A stretch of 64,000 nt of DNA, from NCBI GenBank assembly GCA_040768745.1, contig JAXGMI010000002.1, positions 64,001 through 128,000 of the forward strand, given 5' to 3'. Origin of the DNA: Desulfomicrobium sp. (GTDB lineage: Bacteria; Desulfobacterota; Desulfovibrionia; Desulfovibrionales; Desulfomicrobiaceae). Shown in pieces: positions 8,894 through 16,797 of this stretch (its first letter is position 1; each line of letters opens with the position of its first letter). The notes below the pieces were generated by a model. It saw nothing but the letters and a program-made list of their open reading frames with translations, was not told the origin of the DNA and did no database searches. The position numbers and the translations under genes were made by a program.

Positions 8894-10159
8894 CTATCCG
8901 ATCACGGGCTTTGTTTCCCATGATATGGATTCGGAGGGCTGATATCTCATCTCGCCACCGAATTCCAGTGAAGACTCAAGGTGTTCTGCAAAGGCAGTCA
9001 TTCTGGCATCCTTGAGATTCTTCAAGGTGCGACGAACGGCCTTGCTGACATTATCTCGTGGCTTTCGAAGGGGATCGTTCGCGTGCCTCAGTTTTCCACC
9101 TGGCCCTATCATTGCCTTTACTTGAGAAAGGAGCATCTCCCGATTCTCATGTAAATCATCGAGACGTGATAAATCGGAACATTCGCGGGAATTTTCTATT
9201 TCTTGATCGATTCGGTTCAATTCGTTTCTGATTTCAGCAGCGGCCTGGTAATCGCCAACTTCCAATCCGCTGGACTCGAGCGCCTTTCTCGTTTCCTCGT
9301 CCAAAGTACCTCCGTGGTAGAGATCCAGCACCGAGATATAGCGGCCAGGTGCGGCAAGCAGGAGGGTGAGATATTCGACACCCTTTTGCCTCTCAAATGG
9401 GACTGATTCCCCACCTTGGAATCGAATTTGCCATCTGTCTCCGCATTGCCGGAAAATATTTGCCGGTAAAGGATCTGTAGATGCAGCAAAATGGTTATCG
9501 GGAAACAATATTCGGAATGGCGATTCATTCCGTATCCGCTTAAGGCGGCCGCCTTCCTGGAAGGCAACTTCCTCGCAAAGTGCCATAAACAGTGCAGCTC
9601 TTTGATTCATGAGGCGTTCAGCGCTTCTGCTTAGCAGTTTTCGAGTCGGTGCGAGCAAAACGAAAGGGTTCTGGTTTTCTAAACAAAGCTCACGGACGGT
9701 TTCAGTCATATCGTCCTTTTTCTCTGGGAGCGTCAAATAGACCGGAAACACTGTGCCGGTAGAAGGTAGAAAGTCGCCCAATCGCCAAGTATGGCTCAGG
9801 ATAGGAATAGGCTCTTCGCGGTGCTGAATGTCGAGTGCTCTGCATATCGCCTTATTGACGGCCGACTGTTTGAGCCTGTAGATGAAAGTCTGTTGCCGGA
9901 CAAGAGGAACCGCCCCAGCTTCCTTCTCCTGGCAGACGGCTACGATTTCGGAGTCCGAATGCACAACGACCTTGCGTGGGCATCCCAGTCCACAATCGGT
10001 TGGACAATCCACAGCAGTCGCGTGATTCTTGGTTAGCTGAAGAAAGTGGTCCCGAAACAACGGATACCGATCCCAGCCGGAGAGCGCGTGATCCCAATCG
10101 AACAGCGCCGCCGACTTTCCAGGCAGTGCTTCCAGGAACTCCCAGACAGGGTCATTCAT
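8894..10159 (-). CDS. Hypothetical protein: N-terminal Cys cluster, C-terminal putative DNA-binding effector domain
   Basis: 421-aa ORF; CPTDCGLGC...C; C-terminal WQIRFQG...KGVEYLTLLLAAPG...ISVLDL...R.NVSKAVRR...HLESSL; visibly AT-richer than flanks. Confidence 0.75.
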   Translation of the reverse strand: MNDPVWEFLEALPGKSAALFDWDHALSGWDRYPLFRDHFLQLTKNHATAVDCPTDCGLGCPRKVVVHSDSEIVAVCQEKEAGAVPLVRQQTFIYRLKQSAVNKAICRALDIQHREEPIPILSHTWRLGDFLPSTGTVFPVYLTLPEKKDDMTETVRELCLENQNPFVLLAPTRKLLSRSAERLMNQRAALFMALCEEVAFQEGGRLKRIRNESPFRILFPDNHFAASTDPLPANIFRQCGDRWQIRFQGGESVPFERQKGVEYLTLLLAAPGRYISVLDLYHGGTLDEETRKALESSGLEVGDYQAAAEIRNELNRIDQEIENSRECSDLSRLDDLHENREMLLSQVKAMIGPGGKLRHANDPLRKPRDNVSKAVRRTLKNLKDARMTAFAEHLESSLEFGGEMRYQPSESISWETKPVIG

Positions 10160-11318
10160 CCAGATTCCCTCTGTTCCCCGTAATGAAGCCGCGCAAAAAG
10201 AGCCAACGTTCCAGGATTACGGAGTCATCGTCACACCTGAAGCTTGCCCTGTTCCCTGAACTAATAGTGAGCGACCTTGGCTTCTTAACTTCTTTAAATT
10301 TCACATAAAAACTAGCCTGTGTAATTCGTCCATGTTGGGGAAACTGAAAGCCTCGATCTCGGAGTGAAGCGAAAAAATCCTCAGATCTCCTGATTTCCTT
10401 GTCTTTGTAAGCTCCTGCGTAAGAGAGCTGAACTTCTTTAAGCTTTACGTATTCAAGGCCATCAACATCCTCACACGATAGCGATTCTTCTCCCACCGTG
10501 CGCAATGACTCTAAATTAAATTGGCTTCTCTGGCTGAAAAAATTCTCATCACCAAAAAGATGTTTTCCAAACATCTTTCGATACAGTTCCTTTTCTCCTT
10601 TCGTTACTGCATGCATTCTTATTTCGCCAATCAGGGGATTGTATATGAGAACATCGAATTTCTCTGGTCTGAAGTATTGGCTCTTAGACTTGCCAGATTC
10701 GATAACGGACTCACGATTGAAAGAGCTGCCATGCCTAACTACGATCCATATGTAGTCATCCTTAGAAAATATTTTCACTTTGGAATATTTGCCTTTTCGT
10801 TTCTTGGCAAACCATTCATCAAGGTCGTTTTCCAACGCGGTTATTCTTTCTGAGGATGGAATTGTGAAAACTGGCAGAGGAGTAACCACCGTTTTGAAAT
10901 ATTCGAATGAGCGTTTATTGAGAGGCAATAGTTCAGCGATTACTCTTTCGATGATGGATTTATCCTTCATCCAAACCTGAATCGCAAGATCAGCAGGAGT
11001 GGCGGTTTCCTCAATCTCGGTGTCGAGTTCTGTCCCGTATATTTCTGCCTGAACTGCTTCAAACCCTTCTTGAGTCGAGACCTCGTTCACATAATACAAT
11101 GCCTCTGCCAAATCGCCCGGGGTCGAATTGTCCGGGGTCAATAAAACGTGACTGAGCTCGTTGTAATCCAGGCCATCTTCCTCCTGGATTGGTGGCAACT
11201 CTACGCCGCGAGCTGAAAAATAGGCGGCATGAGGCTCCAGAAAGGCAATGAGATGCTTCCTGTCGATTCGCCGGAGCATTCCCGGCTTCGAAAAGCGGCG
11301 TAGGGTGAATGATGCCAT
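10152..11318 (-). CDS. Hypothetical protein (388 aa)
   Basis: Long ORF with GAGGAG SD; overlaps the next gene by 8 bp; AT-richer than flanks. Confidence 0.75.
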   Translation of the reverse strand: MASFTLRRFSKPGMLRRIDRKHLIAFLEPHAAYFSARGVELPPIQEEDGLDYNELSHVLLTPDNSTPGDLAEALYYVNEVSTQEGFEAVQAEIYGTELDTEIEETATPADLAIQVWMKDKSIIERVIAELLPLNKRSFEYFKTVVTPLPVFTIPSSERITALENDLDEWFAKKRKGKYSKVKIFSKDDYIWIVVRHGSSFNRESVIESGKSKSQYFRPEKFDVLIYNPLIGEIRMHAVTKGEKELYRKMFGKHLFGDENFFSQRSQFNLESLRTVGEESLSCEDVDGLEYVKLKEVQLSYAGAYKDKEIRRSEDFFASLRDRGFQFPQHGRITQASFYVKFKEVKKPRSLTISSGNRASFRCDDDSVILERWLFLRGFITGNRGNLDE

Positions 11319-11363
11319 AAGTTACTCCTCTGTTTTGTCGTTACTCTTCCATATCTGTCTCGA

Positions 11364-11987
11364 TCAATTCCGTTTCCATCCAACGATCTTGCCCAGCACG
11401 CGAAGGTCATCCTCCGGCCTGACTCGGATCTTCCGTACCTCCGGGTTCTCGGGCACCAATTCGATAAGCTCGTCTTTGATTCTCAGCCGTTTCACGGTCA
11501 CTTCGTCGTTGAACAGCGCTACAACGATGTCTCCGTCCTCGGCGATGGGCTGCTGCCGCACGATGATCAAATCACCATCGTTGATACCGGCACCGACCAT
11601 GCTGTCACCCACCGCACGGAGTGCGAAGTGCTGACCGGAACGAACGACGTCCGATTCGACCAGTACTTGGCCGGTGACGTTCTCTTCCGCCAGGATGGGG
11701 CAGCCAGCTGCCACCATACCCACAACAGGTACTGAAACCAGGGAGGCAGCCATCTCGCTGGGACGGCGGGCGACGGCAATGCCGCGAGACTTCCCGTCCT
11801 CTCGCTTCAGGTATCCCTTGCGCACTAGTTGGTTGATCCGGTCGTGGGCACTCGCCGGGCTGATTTCAAAGATCTCGCTCAGTTCCTTCACCGTTGGAGG
11901 GAAGCCCTTGGCATCGACAAAACGACATATCGCTTCGAGCGTTTTCCGCTGCAACGGCGTTATCTCATCCGTCTTCGCTTTGCCCAT
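11364..11987 (-). CDS. lexA: LexA-family self-cleaving repressor (element-borne)
   Basis: wHTH GFPPTVKELSEIF; cleavage site VAAG; catalytic GDSM and TVKRL; start MGKAKTD at 11987. Confidence 0.85.
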   Translation of the reverse strand: MGKAKTDEITPLQRKTLEAICRFVDAKGFPPTVKELSEIFEISPASAHDRINQLVRKGYLKREDGKSRGIAVARRPSEMAASLVSVPVVGMVAAGCPILAEENVTGQVLVESDVVRSGQHFALRAVGDSMVGAGINDGDLIIVRQQPIAEDGDIVVALFNDEVTVKRLRIKDELIELVPENPEVRKIRVRPEDDLRVLGKIVGWKRN

Positions 11988-12042
11988 GGCGTCTCCATTT
12001 CTGTTGAAAGACAAAAAGGCGCAATGCGCCAGCAAACCCTAA

Positions 12043-12071
12043 TAATATAAACCTGATGCATATCAGGTCAA
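12043..12071 (-). promoter_or_regulatory. Sigma70-type promoter of lexA overlapped by palindromic operator ACCTGAT-N4-ATCAGGT (12051-12068)
   Basis: Minus strand TTGACC-N16-TATATT (or N18-TATTAT); the palindrome fills the spacer. Confidence 0.6.
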
Positions 12072-12087
12072 GAAATAATCTCACACC

Positions 12088-12125
12088 TGATTTCCGACAC
12101 TTCCATGAGCCCCTCGGTAGGTAAG
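12088..12125 (+). promoter_or_regulatory. Putative promoter for element-encoded sigma factor (copy 2): TGATTTCCGAC-N16-CGGTAGGTAAG
   Basis: Matches 7585-7622; upstream of the DUF2924-recombinase operon. Confidence 0.55.
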
Positions 12126-12160
12126 GCCTGAAGAAAGCCGGTTTGAAACCGGACGAGCAG

Positions 12161-12288
12161 TTAGAAACCAGATAACCGACCAGAGGCGGAGCTGAGGCGG
12201 TTGTGGGTGCCATCGAACGCGCATCCCGACCGCCACCGTTTTCTGGCATCCACACCATCCAGCCCCCCGGTCCCACCGGAGGTGTTCG
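12161..12288 (+). ncRNA. Candidate structured cis-regulatory leader RNA, copy B
   Basis: 11-bp stem UGUGGGUGCCA/UGGCAUCCACA (12202-12212 with 12244-12254); CCGGU/ACCGG hairpin overlapping GGAGG SD; homologous to 8205-8379. Confidence 0.55.
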
Positions 12289-12531
12289 ATGTTGGATGTA
12301 CAGGAAATGAATGATGTACCGGGGACGGATGACCTTGGCGAAAACGGCAAACCCGGCCGCCTGTCGGGTGAGGCGAGGCTCCAGTCAGCCGCCTCCATTC
12401 TGGCCACGGCGATCCTGCGCCGAAAGGCAAAAAACGCATGTGTGGGCAATGAGTTAGAGGTTTTCGAAGATTCTTCCCCTGTGCTCGGAGAAGGACTTGA
12501 TTCATTGCCGGAACAGAGCATTCATTCATGA
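12289..12531 (+). CDS. Small hypothetical protein
   Basis: ATG with GGAGG SD at 12278-12282; precedes DUF2924. Confidence 0.55.
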   Translation: MLDVQEMNDVPGTDDLGENGKPGRLSGEARLQSAASILATAILRRKAKNACVGNELEVFEDSSPVLGEGLDSLPEQSIHS

Positions 12532-12565
12532 CAACTCGTCCGGAAACCAAAATAAGGAGTTGAAA

Positions 12566-13090
12566 ATGAATGAGTTACAGAACGCCGCCACCGGCGGCAA
12601 GATCCAGGACCGAACCCGAAACTCAGTCCTTCGGCAGATGGCCCTGCTGCAATCCATGTCCCTGGAGCAGCTCCGGGAAAAATGGCTCGACCTCTACGGA
12701 GAAGAGCCACCCCAGTACAAGAAACAATTCCTCATCAAGCGGCTGGCCTATCGCATCCAGGAGCTTTTCTACGGCGGGCTGTCCGAACAGGCCAAGGTCC
12801 ATCTCCAGCAGGCCGCCAAGGAGGACCCGGTCGCCACTGTCAATCGACGCATCCCAGAAGAGCGGAAATCGAACGAAGCGATCCTGCCCGGGACCAGACT
12901 GGTGCGGGTCTGGAACGACCGGCGCTATGAGGTGATCGTCCTTGCCGATGGCTACGAGTTCGAAGGCCGCACCTTCCGGTCGCTCAGCGCGGTGGCCAGG
13001 GAGATCACCGGGACCAGGTGGAACGGCAAGGTCTTTTTCGGACTGAAGAAGGTTTACGGCAGAAAAGCCGAGGGAGGTTCGGATGCTTGA
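12566..13090 (+). CDS. DUF2924 domain protein
   Basis: LREKWLDLYG..PP, LAYRIQE..YGGL, PGTRLVRVW, SLSAVAREITGTRWNGKVFFGL; AAGGAG SD. Confidence 0.9.
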   Translation: MNELQNAATGGKIQDRTRNSVLRQMALLQSMSLEQLREKWLDLYGEEPPQYKKQFLIKRLAYRIQELFYGGLSEQAKVHLQQAAKEDPVATVNRRIPEERKSNEAILPGTRLVRVWNDRRYEVIVLADGYEFEGRTFRSLSAVAREITGTRWNGKVFFGLKKVYGRKAEGGSDA

Positions 13091-14669
13091 TAACAGCAAT
13101 GTCGCGCCGGGCAAAAACAAGACCCTGCGCTGTGCCATCTACACCCGCAAGAGCCACGAGGAAGGTCTCGAACAGGAGTTCAACTCGTTGGATGCGCAAC
13201 GGGAATCGGCGGAACACTATATCGAAGCCCAGAGGATGCGTGGCTGGACGGCTCTGCCGGATCGCTACGACGATGGTGGATTCTCGGGTGGAAACATGGA
13301 GCGCCCGGGGCTGCGTCGCCTGCTGGCGGACATCAATGCCGGGAAGATTGACGTGATCGTGGTCTACAAGGTCGACCGGCTGTCCCGCTCGCTGCTGGAC
13401 TTCATGAAGATGATCGACCTCTTCAACGAGAAGGGTGTCAGCTTCGTCTCGGTCACCCAGCACTTCAGCACCACCGACCCCACCGGACGGATGTTTCTCG
13501 GCATCCTGATCACCTTCGCCCAGTACGAGCGGGAGGTCATCGCCGAGCGCATCCGGGACAAGGTGGCGGCCGCCAAGCGCCGGGGGAAATACTGCGGCGG
13601 CGTACCCATTCTTGGATACGACGTCGACCGGGACAACAAGAAGCTGCTGGTCAACCCGGATGAAGCCAGGACGGTGCAGTACATCTTCCGCCGATTCATC
13701 CAGATCGGCTCGGCCAAGAAGCTGGGCCAGGAATTGAACGAACAGGGATACCGCACAAAAGCCTGGACCACCAAGAAAGGCAAGGTTCGCGAGGGCTCAG
13801 AATGGAATACAGGCCACATCTACCGGCTGCTGAACAACCGGGTCTATATCGGCGAGATTGCCCACAAGGATCGCAGCTACCCCGGTGAGCACGAAGGAAT
13901 CATCGACCGGACGACCTGGGACAAGGTGCAGGCCATCCTGGAGGACAACAAACCGGTCAAGGTTTCCATGGCAAGAACCAAAATGGTCGCCCCGCTGAAA
14001 GGCGTCATCCGCTGCGGCCACTGCGGATGCGCGATGGGACCGACCTACGCCCGCAAGAACGGCCGCCACTACACCTATTACATCTGCCAGAAGGACAGCA
14101 AGCGGACCGTGAGCCGGTGCCCCCTCAAACGGATTCCCGCCGGGGACATCGAGCAGGCCGTGGTCGAGCAGTTGAGCGCGGTGTTCCGCACGCCGACGCT
14201 GGTGGCCAAAACCTACTTCGCGGCCCGGGACATCGAGCAGGTGGAGCGGGAGCGGCTGTTCAAGCAGAAAGCCCAACTCGAAATGGAGCTGTCGCAGGCG
14301 CGGGAGCAAGCCATCGAACTTATGAAACCCGGCAACGATCAGCCGGGCAAGACCGAGATGCTCACGACCGTCAACCGCCAGGCGGTCGAGCTCTCGAAAC
14401 AACTGACGCACGTGAGCGAGCGATGCAGAGCCTACCGGGGGAACAACATCACGGAACAGGACGTTTCGGAGGCCTTCCAGAATGTCGAGGGCTTCTGGGA
14501 GGACCTTTTCCCGGTGGAGCGAAACCGGCTCATCCGCCTCCTGGTGGATAAGGTCGAGATCCGCGAGACCGGAATCGACATGGAGCTGCGCACCAACGGG
14601 CTGACTACGCTCATCGCCGAGCTGGCCGGTCTGGCATGCGAAGTCACCGAACGGAGGGCAAGCCGATGA
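13083..14669 (+). CDS. Large serine recombinase (resolvase + recombinase + Zn-ribbon)
   Basis: CAIYTRKS catalytic Ser, VYKVDRLSRS, CGHCG...YYIC...C. Confidence 0.95.
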   Translation: MLDNSNVAPGKNKTLRCAIYTRKSHEEGLEQEFNSLDAQRESAEHYIEAQRMRGWTALPDRYDDGGFSGGNMERPGLRRLLADINAGKIDVIVVYKVDRLSRSLLDFMKMIDLFNEKGVSFVSVTQHFSTTDPTGRMFLGILITFAQYEREVIAERIRDKVAAAKRRGKYCGGVPILGYDVDRDNKKLLVNPDEARTVQYIFRRFIQIGSAKKLGQELNEQGYRTKAWTTKKGKVREGSEWNTGHIYRLLNNRVYIGEIAHKDRSYPGEHEGIIDRTTWDKVQAILEDNKPVKVSMARTKMVAPLKGVIRCGHCGCAMGPTYARKNGRHYTYYICQKDSKRTVSRCPLKRIPAGDIEQAVVEQLSAVFRTPTLVAKTYFAARDIEQVERERLFKQKAQLEMELSQAREQAIELMKPGNDQPGKTEMLTTVNRQAVELSKQLTHVSERCRAYRGNNITEQDVSEAFQNVEGFWEDLFPVERNRLIRLLVDKVEIRETGIDMELRTNGLTTLIAELAGLACEVTERRASR

Positions 14670-15088
14670 AAATGAAGCCGACCATTACCGTAGCCGACAA
14701 CGGCAACCTGCAGATCCATATCCCGATGCTGATCCGGCGCATGCGCGGCCGCAAGACGGTCATCGCTCCCCAGGCACTGGATGGAGAAATCACCGGAGCG
14801 CAGGAACCGGTGCAGTCCGCCGTCCTCCAGGCGCTGGGAAGGGCCTTTTCTTGGGCCGACATCCTCGAATCCGGCCAGATCAAGTCCATCAGCGAGCTTG
14901 CCCGTACCCTTGACGTCGATGGCTCGTATGTGGCCCGCATCCTCAAACTGACGACCCTGGCCCCCGACATCGTCGAAGCCCTGATCAACGGTGAGGAACC
15001 CAACGGGCTCTCGCTGGCCAAGCTGACCCAGACCTTTCCAGAGGACTGGGCCGAGCAGCGCCGCCAGTTCGGCTTTGCCACCGACTGA
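14666..15088 (+). CDS. HTH-containing accessory protein of recombinase operon
   Basis: SISELARTLDVDGSYVARILKL; ATGA coupling to recombinase. Confidence 0.75.
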   Translation: MKMKPTITVADNGNLQIHIPMLIRRMRGRKTVIAPQALDGEITGAQEPVQSAVLQALGRAFSWADILESGQIKSISELARTLDVDGSYVARILKLTTLAPDIVEALINGEEPNGLSLAKLTQTFPEDWAEQRRQFGFATD

Positions 15089-15114
15089 CGACCGGACCGG
15101 AGACCGCCCCAGAG

Positions 15115-15145
15115 AGCCGACCATCAGCGTCGGCTTTTCTTCTTT
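15115..15145 (+). terminator. Rho-independent terminator
   Basis: AGCCGAC-N7-GTCGGCT followed by T-rich tract. Confidence 0.65.
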
Positions 15146-15444
15146 AGGGGGCAGGAAGCCGGAGTTGACCGCGCTTCTTTTCATGGCCGAGGCGGGCGAT
15201 TTCGAAAAAAACGTCCGGTTGCGGCATCGAACGACGACCTAAGACAACCGCCAAAAATGGCAATCAGCCGCAAACCCATATCAATCAAGGATGTAGCTTT
15301 CCGGACGAGCTTCGGACTTGGTCCGGAGAAAACAGAGAATCAGGGGCCAAACAGAGAAAGAAAGGCGGGAGGATGGGGAGAATCGATGGTGCGAAGAGGT
15401 GCTTTGGAAAGATGTGAAACGGGCGCAACCCCTTTAGAAACAAG

Positions 15445-15495
15445 GGGAAAAAGAAAACCCGTCACCCCGGAGAATGACCCCAGAGAGACGGGTTT
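15445..15495 (-). terminator. Terminator downstream of tmRNA (on the element side)
   Basis: AAACCCGTC...GACGGGTTT stem followed on minus strand by TCTTTTT. Confidence 0.6.
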
Positions 15496-15507
15496 GTCTT
15501 TTCTAAA

Positions 15508-15898
15508 TGGTGGAGCCGGGGAGAATCGAACTCCCGTCCGAGAACGCTCCGCGCAAAGCTTCTACAGGTTTAGTTCAGGTTCTGCTTCTCGCTCCACGGG
15601 TAGCCCCTGAACGGGCTTCCGTGACGCCAGCCTGGATGATGTCTCGCGATCGGCTGTCCAGACAGCGGCTTTTCGCCAGCCTGATGGGGTTTGACACCCG
15701 GATACGGCTTATCAGACATCCACCGCACGGATGTGACGATCTGTGTCGTCATGCAAGGGTTGCCTAGAGACTAGGCGGCCATTGCGTAGTCATAATTGTC
15801 GTTGGCAATTATGTGTGTGCTGGGTTTTAACGAGGACCTCCCAGCGCCTCGACCTGCGACTTTGGCCTCATCATCCCCGTCGAAACCAGGGCGGCCCC
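15508..15898 (-). ncRNA. ssrA: tmRNA, tag peptide (A)ANDNYDYAMAA*
   Basis: 5' GGGGCCG..GGTTTCGACGG; 3' GTTCGATTCTCCCCGGCTCCACCA; tag frame 15806-15771. Confidence 0.97.
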
Positions 15899-15952
15899 TT
15901 TTCAAAGAACGTGACCAATACAATAAGAATGTTTCGGCAAAAGGCAAGGGAT

Positions 15953-15990
15953 GAAAAAAAAGGAGCAAACCTGGTTTGCTCCTTCATTTT
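15953..15990. terminator. Terminator after tRNA-Arg
   Basis: AAGGAGCAAAC-CTG-GTTTGCTCCTT with A-run on the left. Confidence 0.7.
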
Positions 15991-15994
15991 CGAG

Positions 15995-16071
15995 TGGTGC
16001 GCCCGGCAAGATTCGAACTTGCGACCTACTGATTCGTAGTCAGGCACTCTATCCAACTGAGCTACGGGCGC
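15995..16071 (-). tRNA. tRNA-Arg (ACG)
   Basis: GCGCCCGTAGCTCAGTTGGATAGAGTGCCTGACT-ACG-AATCAG...GTTCGAATC...GCGCACCA; 77 nt cloverleaf. Confidence 0.97.
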
Positions 16072-16248
16072 GTCGAGAAGTCGCTTTCTATGTGCATGTG
16101 CCCTTGTCGTCAAGCAGTTTTCGGAAATTATTTCGGCCTGGGCCTCTGGCCAGGAATTTCACCACCTTTCCCTTGACAAGGGGGGGGAAGTGTCCATTGT
16201 TTGATTTTCTTTCACATGCGCCCATGCGCTTCAACCAAGGACAAACCA

Positions 16249-16797
16249 ATGCACGATATGCGCGGAACAACCATCCTGGCCGTGAAGGACGACCACGGCG
16301 TGGCCATCGCCGGGGACGGCCAGGTCACCCTTGGGCAGGCCATCGCCATCAAGCACGGTGCGCGCAAGGTCCGGCGTCTGTACCGGGACAGGATCATTTG
16401 CGGCTTTGCCGGGTCCACGGCCGATGCGTTCACCCTGTATGAAAAATTTGAAGCAAAGCTTGAGGAATTTGGAGGGAATCTGGTCCGGGCCAGCGTGGAG
16501 CTGGCCAAGGACTGGCGGGGCGACAAGTATCTGCGCCGACTGGAGGCCATGCTGCTGGTGGCCGACGCCGAAACCATCCTCATGCTCAGCGGCACGGGGG
16601 ACGTCATCGAGCCCGACGACGGCGTGGCCGCCATCGGATCGGGCGGGGCCTATGCCGTGGCCGCGGCCAGGGCCCTGCGCCGGCATACGGACCTCAGCGC
16701 CGAGGACATCGTGCGCAAATCCATGGCCATCGTGGCCGAGATCTGTGTCTTCACCAACGACCACGTGGTCTTTGAAACAGCCCCCAGGAACGCCTGA
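16249..16797 (+). CDS. hslV: ATP-dependent protease subunit HslV
   Basis: [31 protein letters not shown]. Confidence 0.97.
   Translation: MHDMRGTTILAVKDDHGVAIAGDGQVTLGQAIAIKHGARKVRRLYRDRIICGFAGSTADAFTLYEKFEAKLEEFGGNLVRASVELAKDWRGDKYLRRLEAMLLVADAETILMLSGTGDVIEPDDGVAAIGSGGAYAVAAARALRRHTDLSAEDIVRKSMAIVAEICVFTNDHVVFETAPRNA

Larger units (their letters stand above)
1..15507. mobile_element. Phage-like integrative element / genomic island (right part; left end outside window), integrated at tmRNA 3' end
   Basis: Primase, RecD2, recombination genes, sigma factor, LexA-like repressor, DUF2924 and large serine recombinase, ending immediately beyond the tmRNA CCA end at 15508. No virion genes or second att copy inside the window. 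Confidence 0.85.

Noticed and set aside
15118..15132. Another CGAC-N7-GTCG match
   Set aside because: Explained as the stem of the operon terminator; single copy
15301..15310. CCGGACGAGC shared with 12149-12158
   Set aside because: A 10-bp GC-rich match is compatible with chance
15257..15610. 117-aa ORF across the island end
   Set aside because: Runs antisense into tmRNA and over the terminator; no motifs
15771..15968. 65-aa ORF ending ANDNYDYAMAA
   Set aside because: This is the tmRNA tag reading frame, not a separate gene
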